Origin: Pecten maximus
Lineage: Eukaryota
DNA: 64,000 nt
Direction: 5' to 3'
Assembly (NCBI RefSeq): GCF_902652985.1
Contig: NC_047027.1
Span: forward strand, 37,696,001-37,760,000
Below the pieces are notes generated by a model. That model was not told where the DNA came from. It did no database searches and was given only the letters and a program-made list of their open reading frames with translations. A program made the position numbers and the translations under genes. Below are positions 53,301-64,000 of the stretch, piece after piece. Within the stretch, counting starts at the first letter, position 1. Each line of letters starts with the position of its first letter.

Positions 53301-53979
53301 AGCAGATTTGTGTTATTTACATTGATGAGGGGTTATAAATAACTTGTGAAGTAGAGGATCATGTGAATATTCAAGTTGAGGCCGTAGTCTTCACCAAGGG
53401 TCCGGTCCTCTTATAGTGTTTCTTTGGACATGACTATGGTTAGTTGGCCATGTGTTCAATTTTCTTCAGCAAATTAAGTAACTGGAACACATGTTTTCGC
53501 CACATTTTGTATATTCCTACAGGCTACAGATGACATGTCAGTGCAAAGAGCACCCAAAACTAAACATACATACAAATAATAACTTACCGTCTTTATTTGA
53601 AGATAAAGTAAAGACTTCATTCTTGTTGATAAATAACTCTTTTGTTCGGAACAGAAAGCTAGTAAAACACATTGTTAATCAATTATTTGGTCAAAGAAAA
53701 CGATGTCTAATATGATCGGGGAAATCACCTGTTTCTATAAATAGAACACAAAAAGTCCATTTGAACATAAATGGTGAACACACATTCTCTGGTCTAAGAT
53801 CAGCTGCCATGGTTTACAAGTTTACAGGAGTATTCCAGTGATGTTTAAGCTAATATATGATAATGAATAGATATCTTCATCTGGAATATTTTTACTGACT
53901 GAATATTTTACCGTTTCCACAACCTTGGGTATTCTGCTATAAGGTATAGTCTGTTTCATAAAACTTCAGAATAACTAAT

Positions 53980-54044
53980 CTTAATAAGGGCGCCCCCACT
54001 GTCAATTACCCGCGCCCTGCGCCCTTATTAGGTCAAATACGGTA
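53980..54044. mobile_element. Terminal fragment of a TA-targeting MITE (…AAATACGGTA end)
   Basis: 12-bp inverted repeat TAATAAGGGCGC…GCGCCCTTATTA followed by GGTCAAATACGGTA; Tc1/mariner-type assignment inferred. Confidence 0.5.
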
Positions 54045-54989
54045 TGCTGTTTAGTGAGGTAGCCACCAGCTACTACAAAATACCCTACCTCAAAACACTC
54101 TTGGCTGTTGATTGGTGCTAACGCAACAAAATCCCAATCAAACCACATATTGTAAATAGGTCCCATTCCTCATATGGGTTTTATGTAATTCTGTGTAACC
54201 TGAAAACTTCGTATTCTGAAAATCATTGAACACAAAACTAACAGAGATGTTATGGCTACTACATTCATCCTCTCACTGTACAATTTAGATTGAAATCCTC
54301 CAAAAAATGTTACAAATTGAAAAGTTGGTTACATGCCAAAAAGTTAATCTAGTACCTTTTATTTTAAAGATGGGCTTGAGTATTAAATTCATGTATCCTT
54401 TAAACATTGTTTGAGGACGTCTCCAGGAGACAAGGGAGGTAACTCTGATTGTGGTGTGATTGGCCAGATGAGCAGACACACATATTTCCTCTTGTTTTAA
54501 TTATAATTTAATGATAAGAAATTCATCAATTAATTTGTTTTCTTTCATTTTATAAGCTAACTCTCTACAATCAACAATTTAAGTTTGTGAGAAAGGTACA
54601 CAGAGGGTTTGGATGACAAGAAATGAAGGGGAAAAAATCAGGATAGAAAGAGAAATTTTTGATGCAGAACAAAAGTATGACAAGAGAGATACAAAAAGAA
54701 CGTATAAAAAGAATAGAAGAGAAGGAGAAATTTTTTATGCAAAATGAAAATATGACAAAAGAGAGAAACGATTAGAAATTATATTAGGAATAGAAGAGAA
54801 AGAGTAATTGTTGTTACAAAATGAAAGTAAGACAAAAAGAGGGAGAAAAATCTGAAAGAGGATGAGAATATATCAGATGAACAAGACAAAAACCTATCAA
54901 CTGGTGTGCTGATAAGAGAGAAGAAATATTTTATTTGAATATAGAACAGTATACAGAGATATATATAGATCGATTTCAGAATGATAGAT

Positions 54990-55203
54990 ACAAAAGGACA
55001 AAGATAGAAGGAGAGAGAAAAAGGACAAAGATAGAAGGAGAGAGAGAAAAAAGGACAAAGATAGAAGGAGAGAGAAAAAAGGACAAAGATAGAAAGAGAG
55101 ACAGAAAAAAGGACAAAGATAGAAGGAGACAGAAAAAAGGACAAAGATAGAAGGAGAGACAGAAAAAAGGACAAAGATAGAAGGAGAGACAGAAAGAAAG
55201 AGA
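54990..55203. repeat. Purine-rich minisatellite, ~29-bp unit, ~7 copies, within a wider A/G-rich tract (54600-55200)
   Basis: AAAAGGACAAAGATAGAAGGAGAGACAGA. Confidence 0.93.
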
Positions 55204-58200
55204 AATCTAGGGCATGAAAAACAGTGAGACAACATGACTACAAGCCAGGACATAAAATTGTGGAGACATGAGTGACAGACTGCAGACAGACGTATAAATG
55301 GGACAAACAATCAGACAGTATTCATTGGGAAAATTTATGTCAACCTGGACATTACAGGGAACTTAATCCTAGATTAGGGTAAATTGGAAGGTCCGGGATC
55401 CTATTGTTAATCCTCCTCCGAGTAAGAGATCAAAAATGACTTAATTTGGTGGTATCGATATCGTGTGCAAAAACCTGTTTAGCTCGAGCACCAGACAGAA
55501 GATTGACCTCTGAGTTGACCTGTCCCATCTTCCGGAGGCTGTCACGTGCAACATACTCTGAACCGGCTTATTCTTTGTAATCAGAATTGTGCCGTTTTCT
55601 GTCCCCGAGAAAACTGTCTCAATATTGGTGGCCTTAATTACGGTCGGCTGTGTCCTGCTGCGTTAGACACCCACAGTAGCTGTGGAATGCGTCCTCGACT
55701 TGTGGTCATTAATGACCAAGGTACAGCATTAATTTGGCCGACGCTCCTGTAGGAAATTATAGAACTTTCCAATTCCTGCAGATAGGTCCAGCTTAATTTA
55801 TTGCTTGGCAATTTAATTTTGTGAGACAATTCAAGAGTTATCTCCCTTGGTGGAGAAGACTTCAACTCCAAGCTATTAGCTGCAGATGCGTTGAAATCTA
55901 ATAAGCCCAACAATTGGCTGTTTTCGATGTTCAACCTGGATGTTAGACTAAATAGGTAAGATCAATAAAAATCCTCTTTCAGTCATTCAGTCATCTTACC
56001 ATCATGCTTGACCTACTTCAGGAATCTGGGCACAGCTGTCAATTTTGTCAGGGACTTTTAATACATGTTGGTACCTAACTGTGATTCCTCTGTAAACAGA
56101 CGCGGAGAAATAGATATATAATACCATGTGTTGATGTCACACCAGTTTTCTATAAAAAAATTTTATCAATAAAATTGTTGTACCTTCAAAAGTCACTTTC
56201 TTTGACCTTACATTTTGACCTTGACTATGCTTTTGACCTTTGACACTGACCTTTGACACAGTGATATGAATGACCTTGAATACATCTTCTGTTGACCTTG
56301 ACATGTAAGATGACCATGGCTTTTATAGTTAGCTTGTATCTGTAGTTGACTTTGACATTTAACCTTGACCTTCAAGCTATGCAGTTGTCCTTGATTCCAG
56401 ATCAACAAATTGTGCTAATGACATTGGATGTCTATTTCCGTTGTTTGTTGTATATTAAATATCACAGTACATTACAATGCTTAAATCATTGTAGTGCCTA
56501 GAGGTTAGAAGAGTTCCACTTCCTCACGTAGAAATCACATCTTTAGTGGTTTTCACATGAAGGTGTTACAGTTGTCGGTCTTTAAGAGTCTTTGGTCAGT
56601 TCACAATTCTTCAGGGCGTTTAGTCATAAACATGGTCTGTCAGTATGGGAAACAGAAAATTACCAATCTGTCAAACTCTGACCATGTGATGGCCACTCTA
56701 GTAACATAAAGTAGTTCCGGTATCAAAATGCTTTTATTGAAAAACCAAGTGCCAAAGACAACTGGTGTGTTATTGAATTAGACATAGAAAAACTGTTCCA
56801 CGAAATGGCACCTTAATTGTGTTATTTCGGGACTGTTTGATGCTGAATCCACAGCAGAATAACGGGTCGACAACCACAAGAAATTACAATATCAGGTGTG
56901 AAGAGCTCGCGCAAGGGCAGACAAGTGTCCCAACTTATGCTGGACTCTAAGCATCCTCCTGTAAATAATGAATTAATGCAGACAAAAATGGCCGGGAATT
57001 ATCCGGAGCACTGAGGTGCAAGGAACGCACTTGTGAAACTTTAATGACCGCGTACACCAGAGTGAGGCTGCCTGCTTTATCATGGTACCCTCACTTCAAA
57101 TTTGTCAGGCAGATCAAAATTCCTAGCCAATGAAAATCAATACTCCCAAATATAAGACCAACAGTCGTAATCCTCTTCTCCAATCTTTGAAGACGATTTG
57201 GCTAGCCATGATAGTTGATTTTTACTTGCTCAAATTTTTTTTCTTCTCAAAATGTTGGGATAATTTTCTTGATAATGCTTCAAGCAAAATTAGTGCAAAA
57301 AGCAGTCTAAGCATACACATGTAACAAAGAAATTTGGCAGTATTAGACCTAGGGGTCTCGCCCTCCGATTACCGTGACATTTATCCGAGACACTCGCCCA
57401 TTAAATCTAGACCCGTTTGTCGTCAGAAGTCCTGCTCTTGTTCTTGCTGTGGGAAGAGTTGCACCATATGCCTCTATACAACCTGGGTATTCTTTTTATT
57501 AAATTTTTAATATTCAAGGATTTTTTTTATTTTAAATCTGGGTGAGATTTGAGTTAAGATAACACATGCACTGTTATGTTTATGTTTTTAAATCGTGATC
57601 AGGTACAAAAAGCCGAACACTGATCTCACTGAGCTATTTCTATGATGTATAAATATTCTTCAGATCTATGGATTTTTTTTTTTTTTTTTTTATATGAACT
57701 CTCTGGAAATTTTTCAACAAGCCTTGAAAATTTTGAGGAGAATTGTCACATGATTGTTCAAAGTTTTGACAGTAATCATCAAGTAGAGAGCCGACTGTTA
57801 AGTGTACAGGGCGTCAAAGTTTTGTCACATTGCTGCAGGAAAACCATAAATTACCCATAATGCAATTCAAAATGTTGGGTGTCTTTCTGTGTTTTGATAG
57901 TCTGTACTGAATACATTCCTTGTAGTGACATTTTTGTTTAAATTTGATTTTCAATGAATGAGTCTGGAAAGATATATAAATGTTTGATATTCTATATCAG
58001 CACATTAAGAATTAGTTCCCTGAGAATTTTCTTTGTATCAATATCCAACACACTTGATATATAAAATACGGTAATAAAATCATGTGACTAGTCATGTGAT
58101 GGCCATGTGACTAGTCTCTGGCAAGTCATGTGACTATCTCCAATCAGAATACATATATACAATCAAATAGCATTTCGGAAACTGGTTATACAATTTCATC

Positions 58201-59091
58201 TGACATTTCAATATAAGATGGAACATATTAAATCGTAACCGTACTTCATCCTCCAAGACGTCCTTCTTTGTTCAATAAGATACTAGGAGAACATCACATT
58301 AATCTGAGTGTTAATGCGATCCCCCCGACAGGAAGTGTGCATGGTCGCCGTGGTAACTTGAGTTTATCCAATCAGGTTGGTTAGTCAAACATTTCGACAT
58401 ACATCACTTTTATATATACAATCGCACAAATTTAATCATTTCTAGATAAATGTTTTTCTCCGTACATCTGGGATGTTCAAGCAACAAGTGCTAAACAAGT
58501 TTTAGCGATGGGCTGTCCGCCAAATTTAAATTAACGGAAAATGACCATTTATATCAGAATTTTTCTTCCAAGTCTCTCAACTGGCCAATAGCAGAAATTG
58601 TGTTTGTAACTGACCTAGAAATTAAATTTGTAAGTTAAATGAATAGAATCTGATGTGGAAAGTGCAATAAATTGTTCGAATTTATTTGTTTTCACATGTT
58701 ATTCTTTGGCCTTATACGTTTACGCTTTTAGCGGTACTCAAATTTACAAAGAAATGTTGATTTATTTAAGAACATGAAGCCACAGAGCAGTAGAATTCCA
58801 AGACCTGTTTGGAAGAGGTCAGAGTTCAACATTGAATACTTCTTCCATTGAGAGATTTCTGACTTTTTCTCAGGATTAATTACTTCCCGGCATATACATT
58901 ATATTGGTGTCCATTTATACAGCTTTGCTAACTAGCTTAATTGCATACGATCAACAATATTTACACATAAAAACATCTGTTGAGATATATACTTTCCTTT
59001 TACCTTGAAGATTAAGCGAGATTTTGAAAATCTGTAGGTAGTTATTACAATATTAATTTGGAAATGATATTAAAAAAAAAAAAAAATCCTT

Positions 59092-59262
59092 AATTACGAT
59101 ATGACAGTGAAAAAAAAAATTTCCTTAATTACGATTATGACAGTGAAAAAAAAAAATCCTTAATTACGATTATGACAGTAAAAAAAAATAAATTTCCTTA
59201 ATTACGATTATGACAGTCAAAAAAAAAAAAAAAATCCTTAATTACGATTATGACAGTGAAAA
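59092..59262. repeat. Tandem repeat: constant ~24-bp core separated by variable poly(A), 4 copies
   Basis: (A)n-TCCTTAATTACGATTATGACAGT. Confidence 0.92.
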
Positions 59263-60046
59263 CAAAACATTTTAAAGTACGTATTTCAATTACATTTAAA
59301 ACTCGTTTCCTGAAAACTGGACATATATTTTTCGTGTGAATATCATAAATCTGATGTCTTTAAAATGTAAAAATGGTATCATTGACATAAATTAGAACTA
59401 ATGTAGATCATGAATACAATTATATTTAAAACACAAATAAGCTGTGGATCACTGTACGGTTTTTAGAATATTTTAGATCTTATTTATACCCGCACTGCAT
59501 TATGGGTAATTTTATCTTGGTGTGTAATTATATTGTGAAACTGCCTTCAAGACTTTGCCGAATAAGATTTCAGTATCATCCATATTCCAATATTACCAAA
59601 GCTTTTTATCATGTAATTCTACCAAGCCCATGTCTGTACCCTGTTCCATTATAATCTATCACTCGCTCTCACTCCAGACCTCTACGATACAGCCCTTGGA
59701 GTGTTTCAACTCTGTCAACCTCTGTTTCAATTTGACGGTATATACTGACACAGATAAATATGTTTGAGGTGATTCCCCGTTCCCCTCGGGCTCCCACTCA
59801 ATCTCCTCGCTCTCCTGTTGATGATTAAAAGCTGTGTACGATAAAGTCTGATCACCGATATGTGACACGAATAATGTAATATCACCGTGGCAGCCGCGGT
59901 GCCGAAACTCCGCCCTGAAGTTACACGTTCCTACCGATTCCATTGGGCCCTGTCAACTTATACTCAATTGTGAAAGTTTAGCAGGGATATATACATGTAC
60001 ATATGTATATAAAAAAGACGAGAAAATTCCTAGTGACAAATTATGA

Positions 60047-60192
60047 AGACTTAAGGCTGTATGCTACCTAACTGTGACTTGGAGACTTAAGGCTGTATGC
60101 TACCAACTGTGACTTGAAGACTTAAGGCTGTATGCTACTTTACTGTGACTTGGAGACTTAAGGGTGTATGCTACCTTACTGTGATATGAAGA
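60047..60192. repeat. Minisatellite, ~36-bp unit, 4 copies, containing a TTAA-type transposon terminus
   Basis: AGACTTAAGGCTGTATGCTACCTTACTGTGACTTG(G/A). Confidence 0.9.
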
Positions 60193-60335
60193 CTTTAAAC
60201 CCAAAGCATCTCTTCATCATTTGTCAGTGTCTATAACATTTGTGGCCTCAGAACAAGTGTATCAGATTTGATCGATCATCGTTATGTTACCATCTTGTTA
60301 TTTCTACTGCAATAAAACCTTTCCTATCCTAACAG

Positions 60336-60366
<31 letters not shown>

Positions 60367-61057
60367 CATGTCTGTTTCAAAAAAAAAAAAAAACATTTCA
60401 CTGAAGATACAGATCACGGAAGTAGCTACAGTTAAAAAGATTTGTAATTAACCAAACTGCTGACCTGTCCGTCTCATGCTTTCACAGTTTTAAATGCATC
60501 CATGGCCAGGAAAGGAAATTTCATCAAGATGAGGGTAATTAGCCCTTTGCGTTAAGGAGAACTATGTCACTACGAGGCGATTATACTCCCATAAATATCT
60601 ATCTCACAATCTTCGCACCATATCTCCAGTAAAATTCAATAGTCGGTGGTATAATCATGAAGTACCGCTACAAAGATGTGTATAGCTATCCCTATAATTA
60701 TCAAAAATTACAAGAAGATGGTGCTTTAGGGCCTAATGTTGTTCTGGATTGCGTTAACCTGATTAACGAAAATCTGGCTCCTGCTCTCTCCTCAGACTAC
60801 ACCGCAACGTGAATTCGACGTTGATGTCTATTTCGGTGACAATATTTGGCGCAATTTCACACCAATTTGTACAAATGGTGTGTATACCTGTCTGATAAAT
60901 AAGTGGCCATTTTGTCGTAGACTGACCGACTGGTAGCCTAGACATCTATAATACCTGCACGATTGTGGTTTGATATCTAGACAGTCGATGAAGAAACTGA
61001 TGTACAACGGTGACCATGTAAGTCTTTGTGACTGAAGATTATCATAATGTTTTTTTA

Positions 61058-61340
61058 TCACATGATCATGATCAGGTGTCATGGGCCAGTAGATTACATG
61101 ATCAGGTGTGGGGTCGGTTGATCACATGATCAGCTGTAGGGTCGGTTGATCACTTGATCAGTTGTGGGGTCAGTTGATCACATGATCAGCTGTAGGGTCG
61201 GTTGATCACTTGATCAGTTGTGGGGTCGGTTGATCATATGATCAGTTGTGGGGTCGGTTGATCACATGATCAGCTGTAGGGTCGGTTGATCACTTGATCA
61301 GCTGTAGGGTCGGTTGATCATATGATCAGTTGTGGGGTCG
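61058..61340. repeat. Minisatellite, 28-bp unit, ~10 copies, with a palindromic core
   Basis: GGGTCGGTTGATCACATGATCAG(C/T)TGT(A/G). Confidence 0.95.
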
Positions 61341-61393
61341 GTGGATCACATGATCAGTCACCACTAAACCTTGTATGTATCCCACTATCTTAA

Positions 61394-62905
61394 CAAGAAG
61401 TACACATTTTCAGTCTGTGGATTAGACTAGTGTCCCTGACAGGAAGTACACATTTTCAGTCTGTGGATTAGACTAGCGTCCCTGACAGGAAGTGCACATT
61501 TTCAGTCTGTGGATTAGACTAGCGTCCCCGACAGGAAGTGTACATTTTCAGTCTGTGGATTAGACTAGCGTCCCCGACAGGAAGTGTACATTTTCAGTCT
61601 GTGGATTAGACTAGCGTCCCCGACAGGAAGTGTACATTTTCAGTCTGTTGATTAGACTAGCGTCCCTGACAGGAAGTGTACATTTTCAGTCTGTGGATTA
61701 GACTAGCGTCTCCGACAGGAAGTGTACATTTTCAGTCTGTGGATTAGACTAGCGTCCCTGACAGGAAGTGTACATTTTCAGACTGTGGATTAGACTAGCG
61801 TCCCTGACAGGAAGTGCACATTTTCAGTCTGTGGATTAGACTAGTGTCCCCGACAGGAAGTACACATTTTCAGTCTGTGGATTAGACTAGCGTCCCTGAC
61901 AGGAAGTACACATTTTCAGTCTGTGGATTAGACTAGCGTCCCTGACAGGAAGTGTACATTTTCAGTCTGTGGATTAGACTAGCATCCCTGACAGGAAGTG
62001 TACATTTTCAGTCTGTGGATTAGACTAGTGTCCCCGACAGGAAGTACACATTTTCAGTCTGTGGATTAGACTAGCGTCCCTGACAGGAAGTACACATTTT
62101 CAGTCTGTGGATTAGACTAGCGTCCCTGACAGGAAGTGTACATTTTCAGTCTGTGGATTAGACTAGCGTCCCCGACAGGAAGTGTACATTTTCAGTCTGT
62201 GGATTAGACTAGTGTCCCCGACAGGAAGTGTACATTTTCAGTCTGTGGATTAGACTAGCGTCCCAGACAGGAAGTGTACATTTTCAGTCTGTGGATTAGA
62301 CATGCGTCCCCGACAGGAAGTGTACATTTTCAGTCTGTGGATTAGACTAGCGTCCCTGACAGGAAGTGCACATTTTCAGTCTGTGGATTAGACTAGCGTC
62401 CCCGACAGGAAGTGTACATTTTCAGTCTGTGGATTAGACTAGCGTCCCCGACAGGAAGTGCACATTTTCAGTCTGTGGATTAGACTAGTGTCCCTGATAG
62501 GAAGTGTACATTTTCAGTCTGTGGATTAGACTAGTGTCCCCGACAGGAAGTATACATTTTCAGTCTGTGGATTAGACTAGCATCCCAGACAGGAAGTATA
62601 CATTTTCAGTCTGTGGATTAGACATGCGTCCCCGACAGGAAGTGTACATTTTCAGTCTGTGGATTAGACTAGCGTCCCTGACAGGAAGTGCACATTTTCA
62701 GTCTGTGGATTAGACTAGCGTCCCCGACAGGAAGTGTACATTTTCAGTCTGTGGATTAGACTAGCGTCCCCGACAGGAAGTGTACATTTTCAGTCTGTGG
62801 ATTAGACTAGTGTCCCTGACAGGAAGTGTGGATTTATCTTAGTATGTGGAATGGCTGTAACATAGCCTCTCTGACAGGAAGTGTGGATTTATTTCAGTAT
62901 GTGGA
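61394..62905. repeat. Minisatellite, 46-bp unit, ~31 copies plus 2 diverged terminal units
   Basis: ACAGGAAGTGTACATTTTCAGTCTGTGGATTAGACTAGCGTCCC(T/C)G. Confidence 0.99.
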
Positions 62906-63549
62906 ATTGCTGGTAGCCTCTTGAGATGATGATATCACGATTTATTGAGTGAGAACAATAATACATGTATAACATAGATATTGCCCAGCTATCAGTTTCC
63001 ACTGATAAGACAGAAATTGTCTGGTAAAATTATCTTGTGTCAGAAAAAGTATTATATTTATGTACATGTGATTGCTCTGATCAATATGATTTAGAACGAG
63101 TCAGTGGAGCGGTGCGTCTGGACGATGTCGCTCTCCACGTCCAGGAGGTGCGGCCGTATATAAATGCCCTGCGCCCTGCCCATCACATGCATGCTCTTTT
63201 TGTTTGAATACCCTTCAACCCCCGGCAATATTAACTTACATTAATTTGTATTCCATCTGCTATCACAGTCCATCAAGAAAAAAGGTTTTCAAGGAGGAAC
63301 AGGGATCTTGAAATAATCGTTATGTCTGAGCAGAGAATCTTGATTGCTTTACTAAACACACTCAGAGAAAACTAAGCCTAATTGAACAATACAGAGATCA
63401 CTTTTATCTGTTTGGAATGAAGATTTTTCAGGTTTGCCAAATTTGATTTGCATTAAAAGACTTATATGTGGTGTGGAATTGTATGAATGTCAAGTTTATT
63501 ATGGTATTCAAATTACACAGGTTCAGTTTATATAGAAATACATGTATAA

Positions 63550-63957
63550 TCCACCTGGTGGACACCCTGGCACACTAGCTCCACCTGGTGGACAAAGGTG
63601 TACTAGCTCCACCTGGTGGACACAGACACACTACCTCCACCTGGTGGACACAGACACACTATCTCCACCTGGTGGACAAAGGTGTACTAGCTCCACCTGG
63701 TGGACACAGACACACTAGCTCCACCTGTTGGACACAGGTACACAAGCTCCACCTGGTGGACAAAGGTGCACTAGCCCCACCTTTGTAAACAAGTATGTAC
63801 TAGCTCCACCTGGTGGAAACAGACACACTAGCTCCTCCTGGTGGACAAAGGTGCACTAGCCCCACCTGGTGGACACAGACACACTAGCTCTACCTGGTGG
63901 ACACAGACACACTAGCTCCACCTGGTGGACAAAGGTGCACTAGCCCCACCTGGTGGA
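63550..63957. repeat. Minisatellite, 28-bp unit, ~14 copies, palindromic core TCCACC-T-GGTGGA
   Basis: CTCCACCTGGTGGACA(CAGACA/AAGGTG)(C/T)ACTAG, with two interspersed variants. Confidence 0.97.
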
Positions 63958-64000
63958 CGCTAGCAAGGTGTATTTTGATCCATACAGGTGATAACCAACC

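Noticed and set aside
59092-59262. CRISPR-like layout (constant repeat with variable spacer)
   Set aside because: Spacers are only poly(A), there are no cas genes and the context is eukaryotic; no other array has unique spacers either
59678-59737. Candidate phase-1 second exon after CTCTCACTCCAG (reads YLYDTALGVFQLCQPLFQFD)
   Set aside because: The donor (ACG|GTATAT) is weak and the peptide resembles no domain I recognise; unsupported without RNA data
63158-63170. TATA-like TATATAAA in a GC-rich patch
   Set aside because: No clear initiator, downstream exon or ORF; a single motif is not enough

Overview
AT-rich eukaryotic genomic DNA with no prokaryotic genes, operons, rRNA/tRNA genes or CRISPR arrays. 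The repeat inventory (V-domain tRNA-derived SINEs, an L1/Tx1-type LINE, Helentron/HINE-like, hAT-like and pogo-like MITE remnants) suggests a marine invertebrate, probably a bivalve mollusc (inference). Nearly every ORF in the supplied track is spurious or repeat-derived; the exception is a 5'-truncated LINE ORF2 C-terminus (zf-RVT) at 14499-15077. The track missed a short + strand exon at 9845-9920 (ATG...GTAAGT donor, phase 1) that encodes a clean signal peptide, MHTLGLCAAVILCLFLGVEA/FQDGR. I found no convincing second exon, so the remaining ~54 kb is probably one giant intron of a gene for a secreted or cell-surface protein. The window holds over 20 separate minisatellites. Most notable: (1) a LINE insertion flanked by a perfect 102-bp target-site duplication; (2) arrays that appear to be amplified transposon termini; (3) arrays built on transcription-factor-like cores (CTCF-like, ETS plus K50 homeodomain, CAGGTG/CAGGTA, TAGGTCA); (4) a 155-bp palindromic element carrying four co-oriented CACTCGTG sites. 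All counts and periods were read by eye. No database searches were run, so family names are pattern-based inferences.
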